The notes beneath the pieces were generated by a model, which was not told the DNA's origin, did no database searches, and saw nothing but the letters and a program-made list of their open reading frames with translations. 64,000 nt of DNA from a virus (Duplodnaviria > Heunggongvirae > Uroviricota > Caudoviricetes), in IMG/VR virus record IMGVR_UViG_3300003324_000363, positions 17,571 through 81,570 of that record. The stretch is one strand, 5' to 3'. This document shows positions 17,892-25,903 of the stretch, piece by piece. Numbering within the stretch: position 1 is the stretch's first letter; each line of letters starts with the position of its first letter. The translations under genes and the position numbers were made by a program.

Positions 17892-18176
17892 TCATAGTCT
17901 ATTTTCAACAGGTGCATTTAGTAGCAAAAGCTGGTAAGCTATACGTGGCTCAATGTTGTCCATGTATTTGTTATCTAAAGCCCACTTTCGTTTTGTTTTG
18001 TAACATTGTGGTTTTCGCCTAAGTTTTTGAGAACAACATGGGCAGTTCACTGATATAGTATCAAAATATTTTCTACAGCCGGTGCAAAGCCCATATCCAT
18101 GTTTGTATGGCGATTGATGTCTGCCTAATCCACCTATACCTATTGCATAACAGATGTTTCTACAGGTAAAAGTCAT
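17892..18176 (-). CDS. Zinc-finger protein, 94 aa
   Basis: CTGCRKYF...CPCC clusters. Confidence 0.5.
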   Translation of the reverse strand: MTFTCRNICYAIGIGGLGRHQSPYKHGYGLCTGCRKYFDTISVNCPCCSQKLRRKPQCYKTKRKWALDNKYMDNIEPRIAYQLLLLNAPVENRL

Positions 18177-18388
18177 TTCAATATTTCCTCAATGAACTGT
18201 TTGTGGTTAATTGCCATTGTTAAAACACGTTCTAGCATTTCACGTGTTATACCTTTCTTTGCTAGCTTTTTGTGCATTGGCTTTAAACACTTTTGATGGC
18301 ACCTAAGTATCCCAATATGGTCGTGCTCCCCTATTGGCTTTTCACAGTAGTCACATGGAATGTAATTCCGTCCTTTAGTCTTTGACAA
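18173..18388 (-). CDS. Zinc-finger protein, 71 aa
   Basis: CDYCEK...H..H..C. A promoter motif lies 28 nt upstream. Confidence 0.45.
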   Translation of the reverse strand: MSKTKGRNYIPCDYCEKPIGEHDHIGILRCHQKCLKPMHKKLAKKGITREMLERVLTMAINHKQFIEEILK

Positions 18389-18432
18389 GCTACTATTATT
18401 TTGCCATAAATTTACTATATAAATATATTTAC

Positions 18433-18699
18433 TTATCCGATAAAGAACTCATCGCCACGGTACTTTTCCAGTATGCTGTCTATTGGGGCATTACCTGCAA
18501 ATGTGTTTTCTGTTAATGTTGCACATTTTTCACATGAAAATACAATACATTCTATTTCATTTGTCTTGCCTTGTCTAGCTATCAAAACATGGAATGCCTG
18601 TGTGACATCTTTCAAATGTGAACACATCATAACGTCTTTTACATCATCAATTGGTATTGTTCCTTTTAATTCTGTATCTTTAGTCAGGTCTTCTTCCAT
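18433..18699 (-). CDS. Hypothetical protein, 88 aa
   Basis: ORF. Confidence 0.4.
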   Translation of the reverse strand: MEEDLTKDTELKGTIPIDDVKDVMMCSHLKDVTQAFHVLIARQGKTNEIECIVFSCEKCATLTENTFAGNAPIDSILEKYRGDEFFIG

Positions 18700-18750
18700 T
18701 ATACAGTCCCATGGTATTATGAACAGGAATAAAAAGATGTTACTTGTTCA

Positions 18751-19128
18751 CTAAATAATATTTACTGCCTCTGCACAAGCACGATGATAGTGAACAACAC
18801 GGGTCGTGCCAGCATTGCTGCTTTTAGCACGTCTGCTAACAATAGCTTCCCCAACTTGCAATGATTTTTCACATTTTCTACAAATAATATCCATAGGTTC
18901 TAGCCTACTATGACGTGATTTTCTAAGCTCTTGCTTGGTTGTATTATCAAAATTACGTTTGAACTGCTGTGTTAAAATCAGTTTCCGTTTCTGTTCTGTT
19001 AAAACATATTGTCGTACCATTTGTAGAACCTCTATTAATTGCAGGTAGTTATAAGCATGTTTGTTCAAATGCTCCAACATTACATGCTGGGCAACGCCAA
19101 ATTTTGCCTTTTTCAATAATTGCAACAT
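18751..19128 (-). CDS. Hypothetical protein, 125 aa, with CRKCEK...H..C
   Basis: ORF. Confidence 0.45.
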   Translation of the reverse strand: MLQLLKKAKFGVAQHVMLEHLNKHAYNYLQLIEVLQMVRQYVLTEQKRKLILTQQFKRNFDNTTKQELRKSRHSRLEPMDIICRKCEKSLQVGEAIVSRRAKSSNAGTTRVVHYHRACAEAVNII

Positions 19129-19294
19129 TTAGCATAGCACCATGCTCAATACAAGAAACTGTAGGTAAAGCTAACGGATTTGTGCTTAGCTTGCCATAGA
19201 TTACTTTGCCTTCACTAACACTATTTGCACCATTTGGGACATCACTTATTGTGGATAAATCTAACAGTTTCATTTTGAAATGCCTGCTTGCCAA
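19049..19294 (-). CDS. Cys-containing protein, 81 aa
   Basis: ORF. WRCPACN. Confidence 0.35.
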   Translation of the reverse strand: MASRHFKMKLLDLSTISDVPNGANSVSEGKVIYGKLSTNPLALPTVSCIEHGAMLNVAIIEKGKIWRCPACNVGAFEQTCL

Positions 19295-19479
19295 TTTTCT
19301 ACAACTGAACTACACCCATCACTGGCGATATAGGATATGTTGTTCAAGTTTTCCAAATGTTCTATACAATCAATATGTTTTGATACAAAGATTTGATTAC
19401 ATGGCATAAAAGCTGGACTTGGAAGTATAACCACACCATTACAAATATTGCAATATAGAGTGTCCTTGTTTCTAATCAT
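19270..19479 (-). CDS. Cys-rich protein, 69 aa
   Basis: CNICNG...PCNQ...HIDCIEH. Confidence 0.4.
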   Translation of the reverse strand: MIRNKDTLYCNICNGVVILPSPAFMPCNQIFVSKHIDCIEHLENLNNISYIASDGCSSVVENWQAGISK

Positions 19480-19583
19480 ATTTCTCCACCGTCACAATCT
19501 AAACAATCCCATTCTCCACACTTTCTGCATACATAGCCATTGGTGCTACCACATTTGTCACATTTTGTTGGTTCTTCTTTCAT
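19476..19583 (-). CDS. Small zinc-ribbon protein, 35 aa (MKEEPTKCDKCGSTNGYVCRKCGEWDCLDCDGGEI)
   Basis: Read from the sequence. ATGA overlap. Confidence 0.4.
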   Translation of the reverse strand: MKEEPTKCDKCGSTNGYVCRKCGEWDCLDCDGGEI

Positions 19584-19728
19584 ATGCTTCTCCACTCCTT
19601 TGGACAGTTTTTACATCTTGTAAGGTAATAACATCCTAACATCATACCTAAAAAGTCACAAGAACAATTATTTTGATGTTGGATACCAAGATATTTTAAT
19701 TCATGCCTTCCAAAAAAGCATTTAATAT

Positions 19729-19830
19729 TCATTTTCTTCTACTACTCCATAATCCTAAGAATGTTATTACCAACATAGTTAGCATTCCTATTAATACACC
19801 CATTGGAAAGTCAAAAAATTGTTCAGTCAT
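19729..19830 (-). CDS. Small membrane peptide, 33 aa
   Basis: Read from the sequence. One hydrophobic helix. ATGA overlap with the 19827..20045 stop. Confidence 0.3.
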   Translation of the reverse strand: MTEQFFDFPMGVLIGMLTMLVITFLGLWSSRRK

Positions 19831-20045
19831 TGTTTTAGCCCTCCAAAAACTACTAATGAGTCAACATCTATTGCGCCAAATCCTTTTCCATCACAATAAC
19901 CACATGTTACGGTTTTATTATCATATACAACACGCCTAAAAAACAGAGTGTATTTATTTATCACTCTAGCTTTAGTATGATCAGGTATAGTTATAAATTG
20001 TTCTCCTTTGCATTGAGGACATAGTACAGCTTGTAAATTAGTCAT
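19827..20045 (-). CDS. Zinc-ribbon protein, 72 aa
   Basis: CPQCKG...CGYCDGKG. Confidence 0.45.
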   Translation of the reverse strand: MTNLQAVLCPQCKGEQFITIPDHTKARVINKYTLFFRRVVYDNKTVTCGYCDGKGFGAIDVDSLVVFGGLKQ

Positions 20046-20151
20046 TTTTTATTTCCCATCCGATAGCTAACATATTACCCATACATTGCCTTAATAATTC
20101 TTTCAATTCTTTATCATTGTTTATGTTTATTTTTGGTACCGGTAATCCCAT
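20038..20151 (-). CDS. Small hypothetical protein. Shortened from the track ORF 20038..20259 to start at MGLPVPK.
   Basis: This avoids the 106-nt overlap with 20154..20459. Confidence 0.25.
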   Translation of the reverse strand: MGLPVPKININNDKELKELLRQCMGNMLAIGWEIKND

Positions 20152-20153
20152 GT

Positions 20154-20459
20154 CTAACAAATCTCCCAATGAGCCGGCTTGGCAAGAATTGGAATTGGTG
20201 CAAGAGTAATTCCTACAGCTGCACTGCCACAATATTTGTATCCATGGTCTAATAGCCAAATTAATTCATGTTCAGAAGTATTACCATGTAGCACTATGGA
20301 AGTATCACCTTCAACACCAATATTGTCTTTAACCCAATCTGGCATCTGACTTTGGGCTGTTGCTTGAGGCTCTTGTCGGAGTGCAATTACCCATAAGCCT
20401 CCAACTAAAACTACAACTGCTGCTAACAAAATTATTAGAGTGACATTAGCTCCATTCAT
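20154..20459 (-). CDS. Membrane-anchored protein, 101 aa, with an N-terminal transmembrane helix
   Basis: LIILLAAVVVLVGGLWVIAL. Confidence 0.45.
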   Translation of the reverse strand: MNGANVTLIILLAAVVVLVGGLWVIALRQEPQATAQSQMPDWVKDNIGVEGDTSIVLHGNTSEHELIWLLDHGYKYCGSAAVGITLAPIPILAKPAHWEIC

Positions 20460-20704
20460 TCTCTAAAATCTCCACAGTTGCAGCCTTTTCTTCTACATGG
20501 AACACTTTTTGGGTTAAACATTGCCTCTCTTAATTGTTCCTTGCTTACCTGTATAGGCATTTCCAACACATGAATAGCATCAGAATGCCCACACTTTTTA
20601 CAAAAGGTTGGAGTTTCACCATGTATTTGGAACAAGTCAGCTATGTATGTTTCACGTTCTTGTGGTGTCATTATGTTTCCCATTCTCCAGATACTATACG
20701 CCAT
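20456..20704 (-). CDS. Zinc-finger protein, 82 aa
   Basis: CKKCGH...CRRKGCNCGDF. Confidence 0.45.
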   Translation of the reverse strand: MAYSIWRMGNIMTPQERETYIADLFQIHGETPTFCKKCGHSDAIHVLEMPIQVSKEQLREAMFNPKSVPCRRKGCNCGDFRE

Positions 20705-20901
20705 TTTAGAATATCTGCCAAATCTGTATCTATAACATGGTTGTTGCTTCCCGGAGCTACCAAAATGAGTGATGCCTTACTGCTTCCAAGATAGTGTATT
20801 TCTTGAATTCGTTCCACTTTTCCAAAGTAAATACTCTTACGGACATGAATCTCTAGGACATCGCCAAGCAATTGTTTTGCACGTTCTACCGTCATTGTCA
20901 T
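20671..20901 (-). CDS. Hypothetical protein, 76 aa
   Basis: ORF. Confidence 0.4.
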   Translation of the reverse strand: MTMTVERAKQLLGDVLEIHVRKSIYFGKVERIQEIHYLGSSKASLILVAPGSNNHVIDTDLADILKWRIVSGEWET

Positions 20902-21341
20902 TATGCTAGTCTCTCTGGATGCTTTTCTTCAACATGGTCTACAAATGCAATTATAGCTCTCTGCCAAGTTGCCTCACTTTTGCCATTGTAAAAACTAGGC
21001 TGGAGACAACTTCCCATGCCGAATCTATAGCATTGTGCACAATCGCCAAAACGTGAAGACCATTCGCCACTACCATGATTAAACTCGCCCAGAACACAAG
21101 CTGCTACGTTCTTCATGCTGCCCCAATTTTTGCTGACTTTATTAGTTTTGTATCTGATTGCCCATATAGGACAAAGCTTGTAAAATTTCATGAATGTTTC
21201 ATATGGTACGCCACGAATATCTGTTGATGCTGGTGGCTTGTTTTTACCGTCAATTGTTAATTGTTGCCATTGCCCTTCCAACACATCTTGTGGAATTTGC
21301 AATGGCTGGATTTCTTCTGGCTCTTGCTCTAGCTTGCTCAT
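20901..21341 (-). CDS. Cys-rich paralog family member 5
   Basis: Shares FMKFYKLCPIWAIRY and CVLGEF...C.QC with its neighbours. Confidence 0.55.
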   Translation of the reverse strand: MSKLEQEPEEIQPLQIPQDVLEGQWQQLTIDGKNKPPASTDIRGVPYETFMKFYKLCPIWAIRYKTNKVSKNWGSMKNVAACVLGEFNHGSGEWSSRFGDCAQCYRFGMGSCLQPSFYNGKSEATWQRAIIAFVDHVEEKHPERLA

Positions 21342-21793
21342 TTGTTAAAGACCTCTGGGTGTGATATTTCCAAATGCTTTATGAATTCTGGTATTGCTTT
21401 ATCCCAATCAGTATAAATGCCATTTTTTGAATAAAGAAATCCTGTCACTTTTTTCAGTCCTTCTTTTTTTCTAGCCGTGTTGATATATTTACTCGCAGTA
21501 GTGCCGACATAGTACCCAAACCCATAGCACAAATCACAGCTACGCCACTTATCATCATGATCAAATGTTTCGCCAAGAACACACCTTGAACTGTCTGTCA
21601 TTTCACTGGTATGTCTATCATAAGATAAGTCATTTTCTGCAAATCTCTTTGCCCATTTAGGAGCTACTTTGTAGAATTTGGCAAAAGTTGCTGCATCAAC
21701 TCCTCTTACTGATTCTTGCTCTTGCACTGGCTGTGATGCAACAATTTCTTCTTCATGAATGATTTTGCTCATGCTCCAATACTCTCCAGCCAT
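21338..21793 (-). CDS. Cys-rich paralog family member 4
   Basis: FAKFYKVAPKWAKRF. CVLGETFDHDDKWRSCDLC. Confidence 0.55.
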   Translation of the reverse strand: MAGEYWSMSKIIHEEEIVASQPVQEQESVRGVDAATFAKFYKVAPKWAKRFAENDLSYDRHTSEMTDSSRCVLGETFDHDDKWRSCDLCYGFGYYVGTTASKYINTARKKEGLKKVTGFLYSKNGIYTDWDKAIPEFIKHLEISHPEVFNK

Positions 21794-22131
21794 GCTCCAA
21801 TTTCTTTGAATGGTGCGCCATGTATATCGTTTAGATGTATGATCATATGTTCTATTCTACTGCAGGCATGGTCACATTTAGGACAATTCCTATACACAGA
21901 TCGCAAATCTAGACCTGTCCCCATCAGTGCTAGAGTTATGTTGCCGAAATCTCCGTTAGAATCAGTAACCAGTGCTCCTATGGCACATCTTTTGTTCCCT
22001 TCCCTCAAAGTGCCAAAACATTGTTCGATTTTTGTTGTTTTTAGTATTTCACTTGCCTTTAGCTTCTTTTGCTCTAGTTCACAGGTTATTTCTAACGGTT
22101 TGATTTCTTCATCGTGGATTAGCTTGCTCAT
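21769..22131 (-). CDS. Cys-rich paralog family member 3
   Basis: CAIGALV...CPKCDHACSRIEHMIIHLNDIHG. Confidence 0.55.
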   Translation of the reverse strand: MSKLIHDEEIKPLEITCELEQKKLKASEILKTTKIEQCFGTLREGNKRCAIGALVTDSNGDFGNITLALMGTGLDLRSVYRNCPKCDHACSRIEHMIIHLNDIHGAPFKEIGAWLESIGA

Positions 22132-22601
22132 AGTTTTCTCTCTCCCAAGTGAACTTCATTGTAGTGCTGTTCTAGCTGTGCCAACAATTCATCTACATTC
22201 AAAATGTCGCCATCAGACACGCCAGTGTATGCTGTTTCATAACTATAATCGCACTCCTCATCGTCATCACAATCACATTCATGTTCCCCATATGCTACTG
22301 CCTCCTTGTCTATCTCCCCTCCTGTTGCAAAATTTTCTTGATAATATGCCCATGCTCCAAACTTTTTAGATAGTGTGTCGCAAACTTCACAATCGCCACC
22401 ATCATGTCCAAGTCTAGCTTCCCCAACAACACATGCATGACAATCATGGGCTATTTTAGCAAGTTCTGTGTGTTTCATTAATCCTGCTTTTATTTTTGGA
22501 TACCAAGTTGGTATGATTTCTGCCAGTGATAGCTTTTTTTCTTGTTCCTCAATTGCCTTTCTGAACAGGTTAATGTCTTCATCGTATTTTAATTCACTCA
22601 T
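22128..22601 (-). CDS. Cys-rich paralog family member 2, with an acidic C-terminal tail
   Basis: CHACVVGEARLGHDGGDCEVC. Confidence 0.55.
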   Translation of the reverse strand: MSELKYDEDINLFRKAIEEQEKKLSLAEIIPTWYPKIKAGLMKHTELAKIAHDCHACVVGEARLGHDGGDCEVCDTLSKKFGAWAYYQENFATGGEIDKEAVAYGEHECDCDDDEECDYSYETAYTGVSDGDILNVDELLAQLEQHYNEVHLGERKL

Positions 22602-22999
22602 TTTGAATGCGCCTCATTCACATGTTCTACAGCACTGTTAATTAGAACGTCAAGATCAAGCAGGCCAGCATCATTGTGCGTTTTTACAGGTGTGTTAGCA
22701 TATATTCCCACTGGTACAGCTCTGTGTTGTTTCAGTGTCCCTTCATGTGCCCAGTAACCAAATGCCCTAGAAAGATCACAGCATGTTTCACATCTATCAG
22801 TATTTGTATAACCATCCCCGCCTCTGATCTCACCCATGATGCAAGATGCTGCTTCATTTTTCAATGTTCTTCTTTCTTCAGCTGTGATTTTTCCACGTTT
22901 CAACACTTTGCTCCATTTTGGTGCTAGCTCTTCAAACGTTTTGTAATTGCTTACAAAAGTTTTTACTTCTTCCTGTTGGCTTTCTAACACGGTTGCCAT
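22598..22999 (-). CDS. Cys-rich paralog family member 1
   Basis: FEELAPKWSKVL. CIMGEIRGGDGYTNTDRCETCC. An exact promoter 19-mer lies 25 nt upstream. Confidence 0.55.
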   Translation of the reverse strand: MATVLESQQEEVKTFVSNYKTFEELAPKWSKVLKRGKITAEERRTLKNEAASCIMGEIRGGDGYTNTDRCETCCDLSRAFGYWAHEGTLKQHRAVPVGIYANTPVKTHNDAGLLDLDVLINSAVEHVNEAHSK

Positions 23000-23042
23000 T
23001 ATACAAAGTATAACCCTGAATTGAGTATATAAATATATTTAA

Positions 23043-23234
23043 CTACTCTATTGTGTATGCCCGCCTTCTAAAATCCTGTCTGTGGGCAAATTTTATAATT
23101 TTGGTGTATTCCTCCCGTAAGGCAAGCAGTTCTTTACTAAGTTGTACTTTATTACCAATGCCGGCATCTATCTTTCCCTGTAGTATGGACATCCTATCTT
23201 GCAGGATGTCTAGCTTGTTAAGCTTCACTGTCAT
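23043..23234 (-). CDS. Hypothetical coiled-coil protein, 63 aa
   Basis: ORF. Confidence 0.4.
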   Translation of the reverse strand: MTVKLNKLDILQDRMSILQGKIDAGIGNKVQLSKELLALREEYTKIIKFAHRQDFRRRAYTIE

Positions 23235-23466
23235 AATATATGTCCGTTCTTATTGGATTTTGAAAATCAACAACAACTCTTTTGTGGCATCTATCACATC
23301 TCATGGTGTAGTATTTTACAGCTCTAAAAAATTCATTGACTTCTTTTTCTGTTTCAAACATGCCTGTAATATTAGCATAATGCTTGTTCAATATGTGACA
23401 TTTTATCCAGTTCTTAATTTGCATCAAATACAACCTCAACATCACGGAATAGATAAGTTTTACCAA
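23218..23466 (-). CDS. Zinc-finger protein, 82 aa
   Basis: CH...CDRCHK. Confidence 0.4.
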   Translation of the reverse strand: MVKLIYSVMLRLYLMQIKNWIKCHILNKHYANITGMFETEKEVNEFFRAVKYYTMRCDRCHKRVVVDFQNPIRTDIYYDSEA

Positions 23467-23806
23467 CAGGAGTGTGCCCTAAACATTTGTATATTACACT
23501 TTTTGAACCTGCACTGTTTCCATCCCAAAAGGCAATTACTTTATCAGCATCTGTTATTATTTGATCATTACGAGTATGGTATTTACTTACATCATAGCCA
23601 TCATTAAAGTTTGGAGTGTAGCTTTCTGCATCTGTTTGAAAGCCAAGTGATTTTGCAATTTTGATAGCTTCAGTATCAACACCACGTGCCCCACCTGAAA
23701 TGATTTTTACATTTTCAGCATTGTAGATCAATCTTATCTCTTCCAATTTCTCTCTAACTTTCTTTATATTTTTAAATTCTCTAGAGCCTATAAAAGCTAT
23801 TATCAT
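23414..23806 (-). CDS. SLOG/DprA-like Rossmann-fold protein. Start adjusted to MIIAFIGSREF.
   Basis: Gly-rich loop ISGGARGVDTEA, as in DprA/Smf GxARGID, plus VIAFWDGNSAGSKSVI. The adjusted start abuts the NadV stop. Confidence 0.5.
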   Translation of the reverse strand: MIIAFIGSREFKNIKKVREKLEEIRLIYNAENVKIISGGARGVDTEAIKIAKSLGFQTDAESYTPNFNDGYDVSKYHTRNDQIITDADKVIAFWDGNSAGSKSVIYKCLGHTPVGKTYLFRDVEVVFDAN

Positions 23807-25203
23807 GATAGCAACTCCTTTTTCATTACTTCTATCTTGGCTTTCAACCCATCTGTTATGACACATGCTTCTTGTTCCCCTGTTTGAGCACGAACTCTGT
23901 TGTAAATATCAAGATATGATTGCTCGTATGTTTCATAAGGAGCATAGCCATCGTAGTTGTAGATTGTTTGGTACAAACTTTCACCATCTCTAAAGCCCAT
24001 TTTGTTACGTTCTTCTGTAGTCATCATTGTCATGAACTTGCCAACCATTTGTAATCCAACAATGCCCGGTATGCTTGTTTTGTCTTCTGCTAGCTTTATT
24101 CTATCCTTATTGTTGCTATACACTGTTTTCATTGCCCAGCCTAGCTCATCACGGTGGAATCTTTTAAAGTAGCCAGAACCTACTCCATATGAAACTTTTT
24201 CTAATGGTACTCCGTAAGCCTTAAACAACGTGTCTGCTTCTTTTATCTTTTCAAAATCCATGCCGTCACCAATGATGAATGCCACATGAGGCATCAATTC
24301 TGGATATGGTTTTAGCTTTTCCCACATTTGTATTACTTGAGCCACTGTATCGCCAGAGTCAGGTCTGAAAACAATGATATGATTCCATAATTTTGCTTCT
24401 TCTGCAATATGGATAAAATAATCACTTATGAAACGTTGAGCATTGAATGTGTCAATTACCATAGAGTATGTTGTTTCGCCAGCTTCACGCATTGCTTGTA
24501 TCTGATGCATGTATGCATACAGTTCATTATCAAATTGTTGTGTAGTTTTATGAGCTGATGCCGGTATGCTGCCTTTTGGCACTTCTTTAGGAATAAAACC
24601 ATATGTTAAACAGTCATCTGCACCCGGTAAACTTAGGTGCCATGCTAGATTAGCCCATATTGCATCTTCTATGCTGCGTTGTGCACGCCAGCCAAAGCTA
24701 TGAATACGCCATTCTGATAGTTTTTGACTGTCCAAATACTTACGCATCAGAAATGCTTCTGTGGCACAATTTGATGGGAAATAGCAATGCATGAATGCAC
24801 CTTCAAACCAGCTGACTAGCTCACCAAAGCCTTCAACTGTGTTAGCAACACTTGCAAAAGCTGTGCCTTTAGGCACCCATGTGCCATCAGGTACTGCTTC
24901 GACAGATAATGGAATGTATGCCCCACATTCATCAATAACTCGATACCATAGATCAGCATTGAAACGTTTTGCACCAACCTTTTCTTCTGCCTCTCTTACC
25001 ATCTTGGTTGTTATTTTTCTATTGAGAATGTCTATAACAGTCCAGTTTAGACCAAACAGAATCATGGGTTGGTTACGATTGAACATGTTAGATATTTCCC
25101 AATCTGTGTTGATTTTTAATTTCTCATGCCCAAAGTTGTAGTAATCTGTAAGCAATAATGGGTTTATGCCAAATGCATCAATTGGTATTTGGTATCTATT
25201 CAT
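23803..25203 (-). CDS. nadV: Nicotinamide phosphoribosyltransferase (NAMPT/NadV-like). Start adjusted to MNRYQIP...
   Basis: N-terminal NPLLLTDYYNFGH resembles the NAMPT N-terminus. It carries the PRTase-family signature FRPDSGD, a GVGSG loop, and is ~470 aa. Confidence 0.65.
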   Translation of the reverse strand: MNRYQIPIDAFGINPLLLTDYYNFGHEKLKINTDWEISNMFNRNQPMILFGLNWTVIDILNRKITTKMVREAEEKVGAKRFNADLWYRVIDECGAYIPLSVEAVPDGTWVPKGTAFASVANTVEGFGELVSWFEGAFMHCYFPSNCATEAFLMRKYLDSQKLSEWRIHSFGWRAQRSIEDAIWANLAWHLSLPGADDCLTYGFIPKEVPKGSIPASAHKTTQQFDNELYAYMHQIQAMREAGETTYSMVIDTFNAQRFISDYFIHIAEEAKLWNHIIVFRPDSGDTVAQVIQMWEKLKPYPELMPHVAFIIGDGMDFEKIKEADTLFKAYGVPLEKVSYGVGSGYFKRFHRDELGWAMKTVYSNNKDRIKLAEDKTSIPGIVGLQMVGKFMTMMTTEERNKMGFRDGESLYQTIYNYDGYAPYETYEQSYLDIYNRVRAQTGEQEACVITDGLKAKIEVMKKELLS

Positions 25204-25403
25204 GCCCTTCCCCTCGATGAAAAGAATGACGGATTGTATTGGAAAGAAAACCAAATATGGCATACTGGATTTCTACACATTACATTCCCTGCCTTATTGC
25301 CATCTTTAAAATAATGCCGAATTCTTGGAGCAGAATTACATACTTCACAAAGTTCTCCTTCTACATCTTCTATACGTTCCAAGTTGGCTGGATAAATTGT
25401 CAT
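25200..25403 (-). CDS. Zinc-finger protein, 67 aa
   Basis: CEVC...CRNPVCH. Confidence 0.35.
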   Translation of the reverse strand: MTIYPANLERIEDVEGELCEVCNSAPRIRHYFKDGNKAGNVMCRNPVCHIWFSFQYNPSFFSSRGRA

Positions 25404-25903
25404 TTGTTACCATCCTGCCATTTTTCATCAACTGTATTCCACTCTACGTTTAAAACTGGGCAGTATTTACTTTTCTTTGCTTTCAAGTATTCTATCATAA
25501 GATTTGGCTCGTGAACTTTTAGCTTATGCTCTCTTCTACGCCTTTTCCCAATATGAATAGAATCTACTAACTTGAATAATCTTTTTCCTGCCAATAGAAA
25601 GACCGTCATTGCTACAATAAAGCCGGCTGAATACCAGTCTTGCCTAGAAACGTCCCACGTAAATAACGCAGCATAAATTACAAGAGCAATAAACGTTATT
25701 GTTTGACCTGAAATGCTTAAAGTAGGCTTGGGAAATGCTCTATACATTGCAACAAATGGTGCAGTAACAACTGCAAGTACTACTGACCAGAAATATGGAC
25801 AGAGGTTTATTTGCCTAAGTTTCCCATAGCTGAAGAAATAGTTAGCACCATACGTCCATGTTACTAGACGCATGTGCCAGTCTGTGCTTCTAATTGTTAT
25901 CAT
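25400..25903 (-). CDS. Integral membrane protein, 167 aa, with 3-4 transmembrane helices
   Basis: Several hydrophobic segments. Basic C-terminus. Confidence 0.5.
   Translation of the reverse strand: MITIRSTDWHMRLVTWTYGANYFFSYGKLRQINLCPYFWSVVLAVVTAPFVAMYRAFPKPTLSISGQTITFIALVIYAALFTWDVSRQDWYSAGFIVAMTVFLLAGKRLFKLVDSIHIGKRRRREHKLKVHEPNLMIEYLKAKKSKYCPVLNVEWNTVDEKWQDGNK

Noticed and set aside
20038-20259. Track ORF overlapping 20154..20459 by 106 nt
   Set aside because: The overlapping portion has no independent support. I trimmed it to the internal Met at 20151, which abuts the neighbour.
21755-22369. 204-aa plus-strand ORF, and similar long plus-strand ORFs at 23053..23607, 37972..38466, 54172..54591 and 61553..62116
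   Set aside because: Each lies entirely antisense to minus-strand genes with clear protein-family motifs. They have low-complexity Leu/Ser/Cys-rich translations typical of shadow ORFs in AT-rich DNA, and no promoter motif in the plus orientation.
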